NCBI RefSeq assembly: GCF_037042905.1 | Contig: NC_087251.1 | Span: 6,202,001-6,266,000 of the forward strand | Reading direction: 5' to 3' | DNA length: 64,000 nt | From: Lytechinus pictus | Lineage: Eukaryota | Shown: piece after piece, positions 22,901 to 33,886 of the stretch | Layout of the letters: each line of letters begins with the position of its first letter | How positions within the stretch are numbered: position 1 is the first letter of the stretch | Notes under the pieces: model-generated | What the model saw: the letters and a program-made list of their open reading frames with translations, nothing else | The model's database searches: none | Told to the model about the DNA's origin: nothing | Made by a program: the position numbers and the translations under genes

Positions 22901-23530
22901 AGTATATTCTGTTAGCATCCTTCCTAACCTGTAATATCTTGATGTAATTGTCTTTGTCATCATAGATTTGACTGAAATCTTCCAACATAGTTGTAAAGAC
23001 ACAGGGTGCATATTGTAAATAAAGCATGTATGATAAGTCACAAGTCATGTGATGGGTTTCTACTTCAGACATTATATTAGTTTTGAATTTTAATAAGAAA
23101 TTTTGGAAAATTTAACAGATCTTTTCCTCTCATGGTTGTTCTGCTTTAAACAAAGTGATATCATGTTGAATTTCTCCTAAATATAAAAAAAGCTAAAGTA
23201 CCTGGTACCTTGTAAGATAATGATTGGAAGAATCGTGAACAACAAATATGTTATGCAAAGATTTTTATTTCATCAATCCTATAGAAATATTTTTTTACCG
23301 TAAATCACATGGAAGTCCTTGGTAAAACCTTACTCAATTAAACTATGGAGGACATTTTTTTTTTCATTTCCACTTGCAGCTTGTATGCAGCATCAGTAGG
23401 AAGCCATATTGGATTGCTGGTAGGGAATTTACCCCATGGGACTCTGGCTTGTACATACACTCATAGAGAACCAAACACTGGGAGAGCAAAGAAGCAGTTT
23501 GAAGAGGCGTGTCGTCTGCTACGATCATGA
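7724..23530 (+). CDS. Spliced profilin-like protein gene, join(7724..7821,21952..22079,23380..23530), 5' partial
   Basis: Three exons with AG/GT boundaries and matching phases (1-0, 0-2, 2-stop) give about 125 aa: KLLQGGAVTGISLVSHQGVCLYSTGLLQDFKK/TCDEKQILHLFDSSKKQKTHTLHVHIRGQGSLSFQVHQQTTCS/LYAASVGSHIGLLVGNLPHGTLACTYTHREPNTGRAKKQFEEACRLLRS*. Size and pattern resemble the profilin fold. AATAAA near 24009 and 24045. Confidence 0.7.
8208..9693. repeat. Tandem array, 10 copies of a ~149-bp unit
   Basis: Units start at 8208, 8353, 8504, 8655, 8804, 8953, 9102, 9251, 9400 and 9549 (GCTTAGCACTGAAGCCCATGCAC...GATCCTGCACAAGGA); near-identical. Confidence 0.97.
10108..12233. mobile_element. Kolobok-type non-autonomous DNA transposon, interrupted by a nested element
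   Basis: TTAA at 10104-10107 and 12234-12237; termini AGGACAAGTCCACCCC / GGGGTGTACTTGACCT; long imperfect subterminal inverted repeats. Confidence 0.8.
10270..11805. mobile_element. EnSpm/CACTA(CMC)-type non-autonomous element with CCAGTT/AACTGG arrays
   Basis: TIR CCCAGGACCAAAATCCA / TGGATTTTGGTCCTGGG, 2-bp TT duplication, subterminal CCAGTT/CCAATT motif arrays and an internal ~31-bp tandem (CCAGTTACCCAACTGGTTCCAGTTAGGATTT) at about 11110-11680. Confidence 0.75.
13034..14950. mobile_element. Composite insert: two identical 465-bp direct repeats (13034-13498, 14486-14950) flanking 987 bp
   Basis: Copies read identical by eye; TGTG on both outer flanks (13030-13033, 14951-14954); each copy has weak inverted ends GGTGTCACGCGC / GCTCGTGGAACC. 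Confidence 0.8.
13923..13963. repeat. (AG)n microsatellite
   Basis: About 20 AG units. Confidence 0.9.
15815..16382. mobile_element. Non-autonomous element with a terminal hairpin plus inverted repeats (Crypton-like architecture)
   Basis: AGCAATATTGACTGGCCT (15822-15839) pairs with 15938-15955; ACCAAATCAGACATCT (15963-15978) pairs imperfectly with 16364-16379. No TSD seen. Confidence 0.4.
16779..16817 (-). ncRNA. Minimal type I hammerhead ribozyme motif (Penelope-like-element type)
   Basis: Minus strand GCCU-CCGACGA-A-GAUUC-UGCUA-GGAUC-GAAA-GC-UU-AGGC: stem I GCCU/AGGC, core CUGANGA with U4->C, stem II, GAAA, palindromic AAGCUU in place of stem III. Confidence 0.7.
17199..20940 (-). mobile_element. 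HERO-clade (RLE-type) non-LTR retrotransposon, apparently intact
   Basis: Single RT+RLE ORF; 3' UTR with AATAAA (+ strand TTTATT 17218-17223) followed by (AAC)3; GC-richer 5' leader starting near 20940. The 5' boundary is approximate. Confidence 0.8.
17623..20634 (-). CDS. Reverse transcriptase / restriction-like endonuclease polyprotein (HERO-type), 1003 aa
   Basis: RT motifs APGPDG, QKAF..GCVEH, FFDLADAFGSVSH, GVFQGDPLSP, YADD; CCHC knuckle CIFC..TLHHILSNC; RLE motifs RHN, RPD, ELTIPFE, KSTKY, VEIGARG. First ATG at 20592. Confidence 0.93.
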   Translation of the reverse strand: MAPPTDHVITNRKPMGSHGIMHLCFWLLIVHLAHSEAFTRFIIPQYVRNEWQQKNNELKERITPIHEDLNHRILTPKKAADSFSRTVFDYFASQTDFVQENNSHEYVEHEPKTLADARKRKNFLRRKAFSKEGTDEDRKNFRSAVKAVSFLKKRSDKRKAEKTAAYQEKRYRNDFWNFSKQVCNGDFNRTTPTISFSKEIADEYYPRKYSQTEHIDFNRCIWFPYIDVNESNHDFDLTLVTPKQVKLVLNAKKASSAPGPDGLMYGLLKNTLCVHHFLATLFSQLLLETHDPPESWSRCQVTLIHKGGDTNVPENFRMISLTSCVSKVFHQLLANRLVDYLTTNNYIDHNVQKAFINGINGCVEHNQVLHEIMSHSKARKRTVHVTFFDLADAFGSVSHELISHSLRRFHVPNNLSAYIRNLYGRLQGNVKGNKWSSETFRLKKGVFQGDPLSPIIFLSCFNPLIEYLGQMKDSLGYDLNGTRIITTPYADDFNLITNNKVQHQKIIDQLHSYTSSMGLKLKPVKCCSLSICGGTPKEIKFSIGTESIRSIREKPHKFLGSNICFNGKPAEVYDFVHKEIADRIQRVDELSVRPEFKVAIYSRYVLNSIRFLLTVHTLQKTHLDKLDVLTDKYLKNWLGIPSRGANIAMVHLPQGLNIQRLSDIYRQSQSTAFSRSRVKADSVVNQAIDSAIERESQWSRKQSTVVQCNETHRRVENAINVETSPWHTVKRTVKKIIEEDTVKYWSDRVEPLLVQGKFASLLLLQNENLTWKSIMYNLPKRVLSFVVNACIDSLPSYTNLHTWGKRLNDKCIFCPGTTGTLHHILSNCPVFLERYEWRHNNILRFMHKTFLENLTNGNIYTDLEGHSIAGGTIPPHILTTTLRPDLVILREDQKEIIITELTIPFETNIEDAHQRKSTKYESIVRDIKDKGYMVSFYAVEIGARGLVDRNNKHRLKKLLRTTSSKVRPTEFFHTLSKLAILSSFSIFYARKERTWGVVRHLDP
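21952..22079 (+). CDS. Profilin-like gene, internal exon
   Basis: Long pyrimidine tract plus cacag acceptor, 128 nt, AG/gtatta donor, phase 0 to 2. Confidence 0.7.
22155..22669. mobile_element. PIF/Harbinger-type MITE (internally deleted copy of 52732-53579)
   Basis: TIR GGCCGTGTTTATGCTTCCA / TGGAAGCATAAACACACCC; highly similar to the 52.7-kb copy but lacks about 330 bp of its middle. Confidence 0.85.
23380..23530 (+). CDS. Profilin-like gene, terminal coding exon
   Basis: ttttcatttccacttgcag acceptor; phase 2 completes an AGC codon; ends ...KQFEEACRLLRS TGA. Confidence 0.72.
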
Positions 23531-25144
23531 CAGAACAATCTGGTCATTTATGTGAGCTGGGGAACTGCTTGATGAGCTGTGGTAAAGGTTCCTTGTGAAA
23601 GAATTTGAAAGATCATTGCTGACAAGAATTCATTTCATATTTGATGTTTGGGGATGAGAAATTAGGATATTCTCCATCTGTGTAGTCTACCCTTTGAAGA
23701 AAAGAAGCAAGTGATTGGAAGTTGGATCTATAACATGGAGTGGATGATCGCCGATTCAAGGGTGAAATTTTGGGGCCACTGGGAGTTGAAATGAAACCAG
23801 TATGTGTATTTACCAATATATCATTGTTCATTCTTTATTATTTCAGATCAATTCAAATATTGAATATATTTCAAATACGTTTAGATACTTTATGTAATGA
23901 TGTACTTTGACGACAGTTTGTAATAAATTTGTTTTTAAATATCAGATTTTGTAAGTGTATTGTTGTAAATTTGTTTGAAATAATTTCTGACATGAAAGCA
24001 GAGATCATAATAAAGAATGGCAAAATGAAAGAAAACAGACCAAGAATAAAAAATCACATTATACACTGTAGATTAAATTATTATCCAAGTTTGTAAATCT
24101 CAATGCAGAATTTGGGAAGTGAAATCCAATAGAGCCTTGACAAAAGCCTCTTAATGAAATGTTCTTTCTGGTTCCTTACTCATGTTTGGCACTTTGGCAC
24201 CATTTTTATCTGTTATCAACAAGGATGCACTAAGTTTAGCCAATATTTTATCTGGGTAACCAAGCTTGGCTGTCCAATTTATCAGCTTATTTGCTATGAA
24301 ATATATTAAAACTACCTGGGAATCATAAATATAACATCATTCTTGACCATTTGCGTCTCCTCAATGGAGTTTCCTCAAAGGGCTAAATGGCTCTGTACAT
24401 TACTTTTAAGTAGAAGAGTGAGGTAAACAATTAGACAATATAACGACAATTCAGCATTCATAACATGATTGCAATGCTGGGAAACATCTCGTTTTTTTAA
24501 TATATTTTGTTTTCTTTATATGTTTATATCATGGGCATCAGCTCAGAGAATATCTTTTGTTTTGGGGGAACGTAACAATAGATTCCCCCCAACAAAAGAA
24601 AATGTTCTACGTTGATGCCCATGTATTTACCTTTTTAGTTCTCTTCAATGCCAAGCCTACCCTGGATCTGGAAGTTACATGTTTGGAAAACCTGCATTCA
24701 TTTATTATTCACGTGTAGTGTACACACCAATATGCCTAGTCCTCCATCTTTTAAGGGATTTCCAAACAAATAACTACTAATGTCCAGATCTAGGCTAAGA
24801 CTCCCAGAATCTGAGTCTAGTTCAATCAAAACAGTGAAATTAAACTATCAAAAGTGTAAATAATTCATTGTTTCAGGAAATGATAGATGCAGCAAAGGCT
24901 TTGAGAATATTTAAGAAAGAGTTCTGTTTAAATCTGTGCTTGTAATCCTTCACATGTAATGCTGTGATTCATCAGACATTGTAGATGACAGTTTCTGATA
25001 CAGCACGACCAAGCACTAAAATGGGATCATAGTCATATGTTAACTTAAAGGAAGAGCATATTTGTGAACAAATTTTCGGCATTACTCCGATGTGTTTAAG
25101 ATCGCATGCTCGATCTGTAATGAAAATCATAAGTCAGAAAAAAT

Positions 25145-25218
25145 TGGAACCAGTGGGACTCGAACCTGTCATCTACTGCTTGCCGGGCAGCGACTCGACC
25201 ACCAGGCTATTCTGGTTC
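25145..25218 (-). mobile_element. tRNA-derived SINE-like head (pseudo-tRNA)
   Basis: A box TAGCCTGGTGG, B box GGTTCGAGTCC, anticodon-like arm CTGC-CCGGCAA-GCAG; T-stem and acceptor geometry do not fit a functional tRNA. Confidence 0.5.
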
Positions 25219-25548
25219 ACGGCTAAGTCACGATGAACTAGAATACAAATACCCTCTATCCTCTTCTTTCTGACTCATTGATATGCAAATGCCGTCTGCC
25301 GTGGGCAATAGATAGTAAATAAAGAGCATATTGTTCCAAGTCTTTATTCAGGGGAGGGGGCTGTTGGTGTGACAAAGATTGCAGCATTGCTAGCAAAAGC
25401 TTACCAAATGGGGAAAATTTTCCCCAATTGTATATAAACAACTTTTTTCTTTGTACTATCATACCAATTGGAACCCAATTGAATGCAGATTGCACACCTT
25501 TCATGGAGATAGGATTCCTGTAGATTTACATTAAAAAATTTGCTTTAA

Positions 25549-26027
25549 AGGGGAAGTTCATCCTGACAAAAAGATTATTGTAAAAAAAGCAGAAAAAATA
25601 ATTAAAAATATTGCCGAAGGTTTGAGAAAAATTCATCAGATAATTAAAAAGTTATTAGAAATTTAATTTGTGACGTCATATGCGAGCAGCATTCCTACAT
25701 AGCAAATGGTAAAAAATCTATGAAATGTCACTTTCTCAGAAAATTGAAAATGGTTTTCACTGTACCTTTTGTATATCAATAGACAAATCATTTCACACCC
25801 GATCATGAATAGAAAACAAAATTAAGTCATCAGGAACCATACAAAATTTGAAATTCATGCATTTTTTATTACATAACACATGGGGCAGCTGTTCGTTTAT
25901 GAAGTCACAAATCCAAAACTTTGAACTCTAATACCTTTCTTACTCTTTAACGGATTTTCCTCAAACCTTCACCAATATTTTTTCTGCTATTTTTACAACA
26001 AAGTTTTCTTCAGGGTGAACTTCCCCT
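25549..26027. mobile_element. Kolobok-type MITE
   Basis: TTAA TSD (25545-25548, 26028-26031); TIR AGGGGAAGTTCA / TGAACTTCCCCT. Confidence 0.82.
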
Positions 26028-26031
26028 TTAA

Positions 26032-26109
26032 AGCCTTTGGTATGACTCAGCCTGGGGTCAAACCCAAGAACTCCCATTAATGAGGCGGGCGCTCTACCAC
26101 TGAGCCACT
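26032..26109 (-). mobile_element. Degenerate tRNA-derived SINE head
   Basis: Minus strand GTGGCTCAGTGGTAGAGCG...GGGTTTGACCCC...GAGTCATACCAAAG; cut off at the TTAA of the adjacent MITE. Confidence 0.6.
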
Positions 26110-26113
26110 ACTA

Positions 26114-26298
26114 GGTGGGGGCCGTTTCATAAAGCTGTTCGTAAGTTAAGAGCGACTTTAAGAATGACTGGTGAACCTTTCCTACGTGCTAAACCATCGC
26201 CAATTGTGTAGACTTCTATACCATTTACCAAAAGAAAGGATCACCAGTCGTTCTTAAAGTCGCTCTTATCTTACGAACAGCTTTATGAAACACCCACC
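26114..26298. mobile_element. Short palindromic MITE
   Basis: About 55-bp inverted arms, GTTTCATAAAGCTGTTCGTAAG... / ...CTTACGAACAGCTTTATGAAAC. Confidence 0.75.
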
Positions 26299-27324
26299 AG
26301 GGCTCAGTAACACCAAGGTTTGCAATGAATTGCAAATATGAAAGAACACTTCTGATTGGTTCCTGGTCAGTATTTTGCGCCAAATTTCGTGTAAAATTGA
26401 TCTTGATTGGTCAGTGCATTTAGCAATTGATTGCTAATATTTGTGTTACGGAGCCTTGGTCTTTCTACAAAATTGGCCTATTCTATTATGTGATGACACT
26501 GACTTCTACTTATACTGATCCTGGTATTTCTGCAACATCTAGTCTATTCTTGTGTGTAAAAAAAGCAAGTTTGGGGAATAAACATCTAAAGGGAATATTC
26601 CAAGTCTGATCTATTGTATTAAATCAAACATGCTGAATTATTGAACTCTGCTGACAAGAAGAACACTGCAAAGGGCTCATCATGATCCTTGATTTATTTG
26701 GTAGCCAAAGTTGGCTGTTCTCTTGACATTAGGTCTACATCTGATTAACAATTTGGTGAATAAGTGAAATATGGACTGCTTTCATAAGGAGTCACCTCTT
26801 GGCTTGTGGGTTTCCTTAACAGACTGACCAGGCCTTTGGACAAGGCCCAAAGGCAAAGTCTCATTTTTTTAATTCCAATTTTAAAATTACGCTAAGTCTT
26901 TGATCCAATTTTGATGAAATCCTCATATCGTTTACATAATTTGAGTGAATTCATTCAACTCAAATGATATTTACAGTAGATTTGGCCTTTATGCTAAAAT
27001 TTTTCTGTAATATTTTTTTACTCAATCACACATTAAAATTGCACATACATGTACCAAATGAAATAAAATGTTATAATTTATTGCATATAAATCACCAGAA
27101 AAATCAATTACAAAACTTTTGATGAAATATATTGATATACATTGTATGTTATCATAATTTTAGTATTCATATATCGAGACATATACATACATAATATAGA
27201 TACAAAATCATACAGACATAATTCATGTCTCTTTCATTTCAAATATTTGGTTGCAATCACTTTTGCCTTCGAGTTTGTACAGAGTTGCATGTTGTAAGCT
27301 GAGGTAAATCAAGCACTATCACTG

Positions 27325-27496
27325 TGTTAATGCCTGCTTTAGCCGCTTGCTTTTGCTCATCCTTGCTTGCATTTGCTCATTGCCACTCATCTTCGCTCAT
27401 ATGAATTTTGGGAACGTAACCAAAATTCATACGAGTGGCAATGAGCAAATGCAAGCAAGGACGAGCAACAGCAAGCGGCTAAGGCAGGCATTAACA
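27325..27496. repeat. Near-perfect ~170-bp palindrome (MITE remnant)
   Basis: TGTTAATGCCTGC...TTCGCTCATATGAATTTTGG mirrored by CCAAAATTCATACGAG...GCAGGCATTAACA. Confidence 0.75.
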
Positions 27497-28363
27497 GTGT
27501 TGTGGATGTTTGAAAAAATTACAAACATCCAAGCTAGAATGCAAGGCCTCGCCATTAGTCTGTGTATTGAGCTTGCATTAGCTTGTTTCATTGCGTTTGT
27601 CTGCATTCAGGCAATCCGCAACTGAACGCAAGCCCAAAACTCGAAGGTGTGAGCCAGGCTTTATGGAATACATGTATACCACCCTACATACAGTTTGTTA
27701 AACAAGAACTGGAAGTCAATTATTGAGTAGCATGGCAAAAACTCATTTATGAAAGTGAAACTTACCTGGGGTTTCAATTTCAAATGAATTTGTAGCAAAC
27801 TTTAATACTGGAATACTTGTTTACACCAAATACACTCATTTTCTTTAAATTAAAGCTTTGGATGTCAGCCTCTGTATTTTTATTAACCCATACCTTTTAG
27901 GGAAAACAAACATATGGACTAAAAACTGTCCCTTGACCTATTAGTGTGATGATTCTCTCATCCTACTAGAGTAATATTAAACTAAACAAATATGCAAAAC
28001 AATGTAAATCTGCCCCTTGCTGAGATTTTTTTGTTCATTTTAAAATGACCATCTCATTTACCAACAAACAATGATGAAGAACTACAAATATATTTACTGA
28101 AATTTAATAAAATGACTCAACCAAAAAGTATAGGCCTATATACTTCTATTTCAATAATGGATTGGATGTGCAAGAACTATAGGAAATATAATGTGCCCTA
28201 ATTTTCACCCAAATTTAATGTTATTTGCTCATGACTTCTACTGAGTAATATTTGCTGGTTAAACATAATAAAACAAGATCATCACATTTTTAGTCTACAC
28301 ATACAAACCGAGTTAAATAAATACACTAATATCGCATTTCATTGTTTTTATTTTTGTAATATA

Positions 28364-28968
28364 CAGTTGAGGCCGAAAGTTTACATACACCCATGGAATT
28401 TAGTTAAATTTGTTCGTTTGCCAAACATCGTAAAATTTACTATATCTTCAGAAATATAAATACTACCATGACGAATTTGGTGTCAAATAAAAGAGCATAT
28501 TAAGCTCTTTCACATGATTGGAATGCCGCTGGGATTAAAGTAAATTTCAGGCAGAATTTTTTTGATGAAAACAAGTAATATTCGTGCCCAATGTATTCTA
28601 TTGTTTGTTATTATATTTTCAAACATCGTTTCATAGAAATATATAAATGTTAAATCTATGATTTATATTACTTTTTCTATCATGTCACCACTGAACAAAA
28701 AGTGTAATCTGAAATATTTGTGTTGAGAAGTAACTAGCACAAATATGAAATGTTTTTGTCAAGTTTTTAATTTGACTAAAATATGAAGATATTTTTCAGC
28801 TCCTGACAAAGCAATGGGATGAAGGGGCATGGCATACTCATTTGTTTGATATCAAATTTGTCATGTTAGCACAAATATTTTATAAGATACAGTAAATTTT
28901 ATGATGCTTCGCAAGTGTCAATTTTTCTTTGAATTTCCTTGGTGTATGTAAACTTCTGGCCTCAACTG
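28364..28968. mobile_element. Tc1/mariner-type MITE
   Basis: TA TSD; TIR CAGTTGAGGCCGAAAGTTTACATACACC / GGTGTATGTAAACTTCTGGCCTCAACTG; imperfect inverted repeats extend over 100 bp. Confidence 0.88.
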
Positions 28969-29138
28969 TATGTCCTGTAACATCAATTACACAACTGATA
29001 ATGAATGTAAGTCTGAAAAACTCCCAAGCTTTAAGTTAAGATTAAAAGATTGATTTTATATTTTTGTTGCATGACATAGATTGTACATATTAATTCTTCA
29101 ATTTGAATGAAACAGGAAATCATAATGAAAGGATATTT

Positions 29139-30017
29139 AAACACTACCACATCAATGATTTGGAGCTCATCCGGCATCTCGCAACAAAATTTAACACAAT
29201 TTTAATTTCAGCACAGTTGACACTAGTAAATTATATTAGTGACATAAATTGAGGATATAGAATTAAAATTGATGAAGAAATGACATAGAAGCATTTTTTG
29301 TGATCTATGAATAAATTTCATATAAATTAAGCATAAATAATTTTCTAGTCAAAATTTCTAAACTGTGTAGAACCTTGGTAAACCTCGTGTAGCTCTCAGA
29401 TGGACCAAAAAAAAATCAACATATAAATAAGTATTTTTTGTGAGTTTTTTAAATGTATGAATAAATTAGCATATTCAATGAGTTTCAAAATTCTTTGTTG
29501 AAATTTTGTATCACCACCTCGAGCTATTATATAAAACAAACAAAATTGAAATTGATCAACAAATGAAAAAGAAAAAAAAAATTATTTATGAATAGATTTT
29601 GCATAAATTAGAAAAAAAAAATCAAAATCAGTCAACAAATAAGAAACATTTCATGTGAATTTTCAAAAATATCCATAAATTAATTTTGTATAAATTAGCA
29701 TAAAAATTGTTCTAGTCAAAATTTCAAAATTCTGTGTAGAAGTTTGGTGAACCTCTACCAGATGGAAGCAAAAAATTCAAAATCGGTCAACAAATAAAGA
29801 AGCATTTTTTGTGAATTTTGAAAAATGCGCATAAATTAGCATATTAACTGAGTCAAAATTCTGTGTAGAAGTTTCGAATCCCCACCTAGTGCTATCATAT
29901 AAAGCAAACAGAATTGAAATCGGACTTGAAAATGGCGAAGAAGCATTTTTAAATTGTGGACGGATGCCACGCCACGGCATAAGCTCATCTGGCCCTTTGG
30001 GCCAGATGAGCTAAAAA
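29139..30017 (+). mobile_element. Helentron-type non-autonomous element (HINE-like), degenerate
   Basis: Subterminal GAGCTCATCCGGC, degenerate internal repeats, GGACGG motif, terminal hairpin AGCTCATCTGGCCC-TTT-GGGCCAGATGAGCT followed by AAAAA. Confidence 0.6.
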
Positions 30018-33008
30018 TCAGTTCACTCTCTCCAATCCCTAAAGTAATTTGGAGTATCATTATCTTGTTGGTTTTATGAGTTTATATATTCACTCAAGTA
30101 ATAAAAACCAGACAAAACAAACCCCAATATTAATCAATATAAAAGAAAAGTAAATTATCTTGCAGTCACAGACATGGCTTCTAGACCCCTAAACTGAAAA
30201 TAAAAAATGAAAGTCACCTTTCATTCATAAACCAAAGAGAAAGAGAAAAAAAACAGTACTTGAAATGAAGTTGATTCATGATCAAACAATTGACGCTTTC
30301 AATTCACAGATAACAATTTAAAAAGAATTCACATGTATTGAAGCTTTTCATCAAAGTAGAATTAAAAAAAAAAAAAAATGTAGCTTAAATATCTTAAATA
30401 AACTCTGAGATATGACAGAGAAACAGTTACCAAAAGATATATTTCCACTTTACGTAAAGATTGTTTAGACAATGAACTTATACATTGAGATTCTGGGCTT
30501 ATTTACGTTTTACACTGTTCTTTGATGGACAACATCAAAATTGAAAAAGTTTATTAAAATATGGAAATCTGTTCTCATCAAGGCACTTTAGATCAGTACA
30601 ATCAAGTTTGAAAGAAATTGTTCTTTTAAGCTTCAAAATTAAGATTTAAAAAAAGCATTTATTGGGCATGCATATTCACTTGTTCACAATTTTTTATATT
30701 GCATAGGAAAAGTTACTGGTAAAAAGGAAACAAAATACAGTAAATCAAATTCAAAGCTTTCAAATCAAATTGAAATACCATGTTTCATCAAATCTAGTAA
30801 CGGTAGAGGGAATACATTAACACAATGCAATTTTTTTAGGTTCAAGCATGACAGAATTATGATGGATAATCTTTACCAGGAGTAATTTGAATCATGAAAA
30901 TATCACCGGTCAACACATATTTATGTATCAAAAATTGCACATAATTTCCCCCACATCAGAGTCTGAATTCAGATGAAACACTTGCTTTTTTATAAAAGAA
31001 ATGGAGATAATGATTGTGACACAATATTTACACATCCTGAAAAATGAAAGCCACTGGTATGTGTAGATATATTTACAGCTGACTTGATAATGTACATTTA
31101 TACTGGCCAAGTATCAACCAAAGCCTCTTTGAATACTATTATTAGTGAAACTCAATGACAACCAGGGGTTTTAAGAGCATTTCAGTAATGATTCTGTTGT
31201 CTTAGAACTACACGACACATTTTCTATAATGGTCAGTAGAAAAAGCATATTTGGCAATTTAATTTTAGTCAACTCTAGAAAGGCATATCGACTCTGTTTT
31301 TGCATATAGGATGGGCAGGCTTCAACTTTTACAAATGATAGCATGATTGAATAAACATAAAAAGTACATGGAATTTACAAGATAATACTGGATTTTACTA
31401 GAATATTTTTGCTATTGAAGTCTTTATCATATCCTATGCACTCCTAAACTGACTTATGATCTTGATGTACAAGAATTTATCAGTGCTCTGGTATAAAAAA
31501 AAAACAGGCTTCATACTCTGACATAAAATAGGCCTTTAACAGATCTCTTAATACCGCATGTCTTGTTTTGGGAGGTTTTGAAAGTGTGGACTTAATCACA
31601 CTGAATTACAAAGAAAATCAAGCAGTACAAACAGTAATGTATTGAATATTTACTATACATTGGAAGCCAAGAATTCAAAAACAATAATGAAAAAGTATAT
31701 TATTGCATCTCTCGCAACAACAACAGCTAGTCATTTTCCAGAATTTCCTATCGTCAAAAAAAGGTTTTCTTCATATATCAAATAGATGAGCACAAGTATT
31801 TTTTCAATGATGTATTTCACTCAATTTCCAATGTTTATTATCGAAACAAAATCAATTCGTTATTAGATTGCATTCTTATTTTGACTTGTATTTCATGTAA
31901 AAGAATTGTAAAGGTTTCATACCATGTAGTATATGAACCATTATACTGATTAATGACAAAAAAGTGGGGTGGTTTGAGGATAATGGAACAGGATATCAGG
32001 GTGGCAGAAACATATTGGGTCCATGGCATATCTCTATCACACTATTTTAAACAACTGAGATATAACGGTCGGCTATGATATAAAATCCAGAGGCAATCCC
32101 CATTTCCCCGATCCAACTCAAAAGGGCGCCATTCAGTATATTTGTGGTAAAGACGATTGCCACAACAGCAAGAAAATATATATTCGCTTTATGTTTAAAG
32201 AGTAAGAAATTAAAAATATCTAATCTAAATATCAAAATATGAGGCTTGGAAAAGAGCACACATCTTCCAATTTCATGGTTAATTTACCATACACCCAGAT
32301 CCTTTACAATACCTCAAACAAATTAGAGGACATGTACTGTTACCCTTTAATAATGTCCTAGAATTGTCAAGAAATGTCATTGTAAATTCATGCACAACTA
32401 CTTTACCACTTCCCATAAATAAAATTCATATTCAACTGACTTAATGCCAAGTAATATACTGTTTGAAAGAAAATGTGGCAAATTTTACACAGGGATATTC
32501 TTACATTACAGGGCAAAAATAGATACCTCAAAAACGACAGAAACAATATCAAATAAACAGACTCTAAAAAAGAATGAAGGCTTTCTTGTCATTATAAACG
32601 GAGAGTAAAGAAAAACAAAACTGACAGAAAATTGGGTTTTTTTAATTCATGAGTTGGTGATGGAAAAGTAAAAAAAAAAAATCAGCCTAAAGAATCCTAT
32701 CACAGGCCAGGAAAGTTCTGCTAATCCCTTGAAATAAACCAAGTCTTACATTGCAAAAACGATTTGACCTTGGTAACAACACAGGTCTCAGATAACAGGG
32801 TCAAAAGATATCTTGAAGAAGTGCAACAATGTAAAAGAACTTGTCCTGTTCTAAAACAGTGCTCATATTTCAGATTCCAAAGAGAATAAAAGAAATGAAC
32901 AAACTGGCACAATCTGAAGCATATCCACTTCTGAAAGTGGGAAAGTGAGATGTATTTGAAGAAACCACTTGTTGTTATGTAAGGAGAAGGCAGTCCTATG
33001 ATGGCATG

Positions 33009-33886
33009 AACAAGGCAAAAGCAATTTTGTGTCTCGCCCACTTATGAAAATAACCAGAAATATTGTGAATTGCGAGGGCACGCAACAGAATTGTAAGAAA
33101 ACTTCATTGTGAAATAACTGGGATGGAGTAACACTTGTCATAAGAGCCTTGCACGTGAACTTTAATGTTGACCTGAAAATGACTTTTGACCTAAACATGT
33201 GAACTCCGACTGCAGCATCACATGCAGGTCCCCCAAGTCCATCTACCATCCAAGTTTGGTTGAAAAGTGACTTACGGTTGCGGAGTTAGGTGTCATAAGA
33301 GAGCCTTGCATGTAAACTTTAACGTTGACCTAAAAATGACCTTTGACCTTATCATGTGACCTCTGACTGCAGCATAACATGCAGGTCCCTCAAGCCCATC
33401 TACCATCCAAGTTTGGTTGAAAAGTAACTTACGGTTGCGGAGTTAGGTGTCATAAGAGAGTCTTGCATGTAAACTTTAACGTCGACCTGCATGTAAACTT
33501 TAACGTTGACCTGAAAATGACCTTTGACCTTACCATGTGACCTCCGACTGCAGCATAACATGCAGGTCCCCCAAGTCCATCTACCATCCAAGGTTGGTTG
33601 AAAAGCGACTTACGGTTGCGGAGTTAGGTGTCATAAGAGAGTCTTGCATGTAAACTTTAACGTCGACCTGCATGTAAACTTTAACGTTGACCTGAAAATG
33701 ACCTTTGACCTTACCATGTGACCTCCGACTGCAGCATAACATGCAGGTCCCCCAAGTCCATCTACCATCCAAGGTTGGTTGAAAAGTGACTTACGGTTGT
33801 GGAGTTATGTGTCATTAGGTTTGTGACGGACGGACGACATTTGGATCCCTAAGTCTCGCCTTCACCTCTGGTGGGCGAGACAAAAA
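33009..33886 (+). mobile_element. Helentron-type non-autonomous element with 181-bp core tandem repeats
   Basis: AACAAG start, subterminal IR TGTCTCGCCCAC / GTGGGCGAGACA, about 4 core repeats, (GACG)n, 3' hairpin, A-run end. Confidence 0.8.

Noticed and set aside
23531..23800. Coding-looking sequence after the profilin-like stop codon
   Set aside because: Stops occur in all + frames; best read as 3' UTR.
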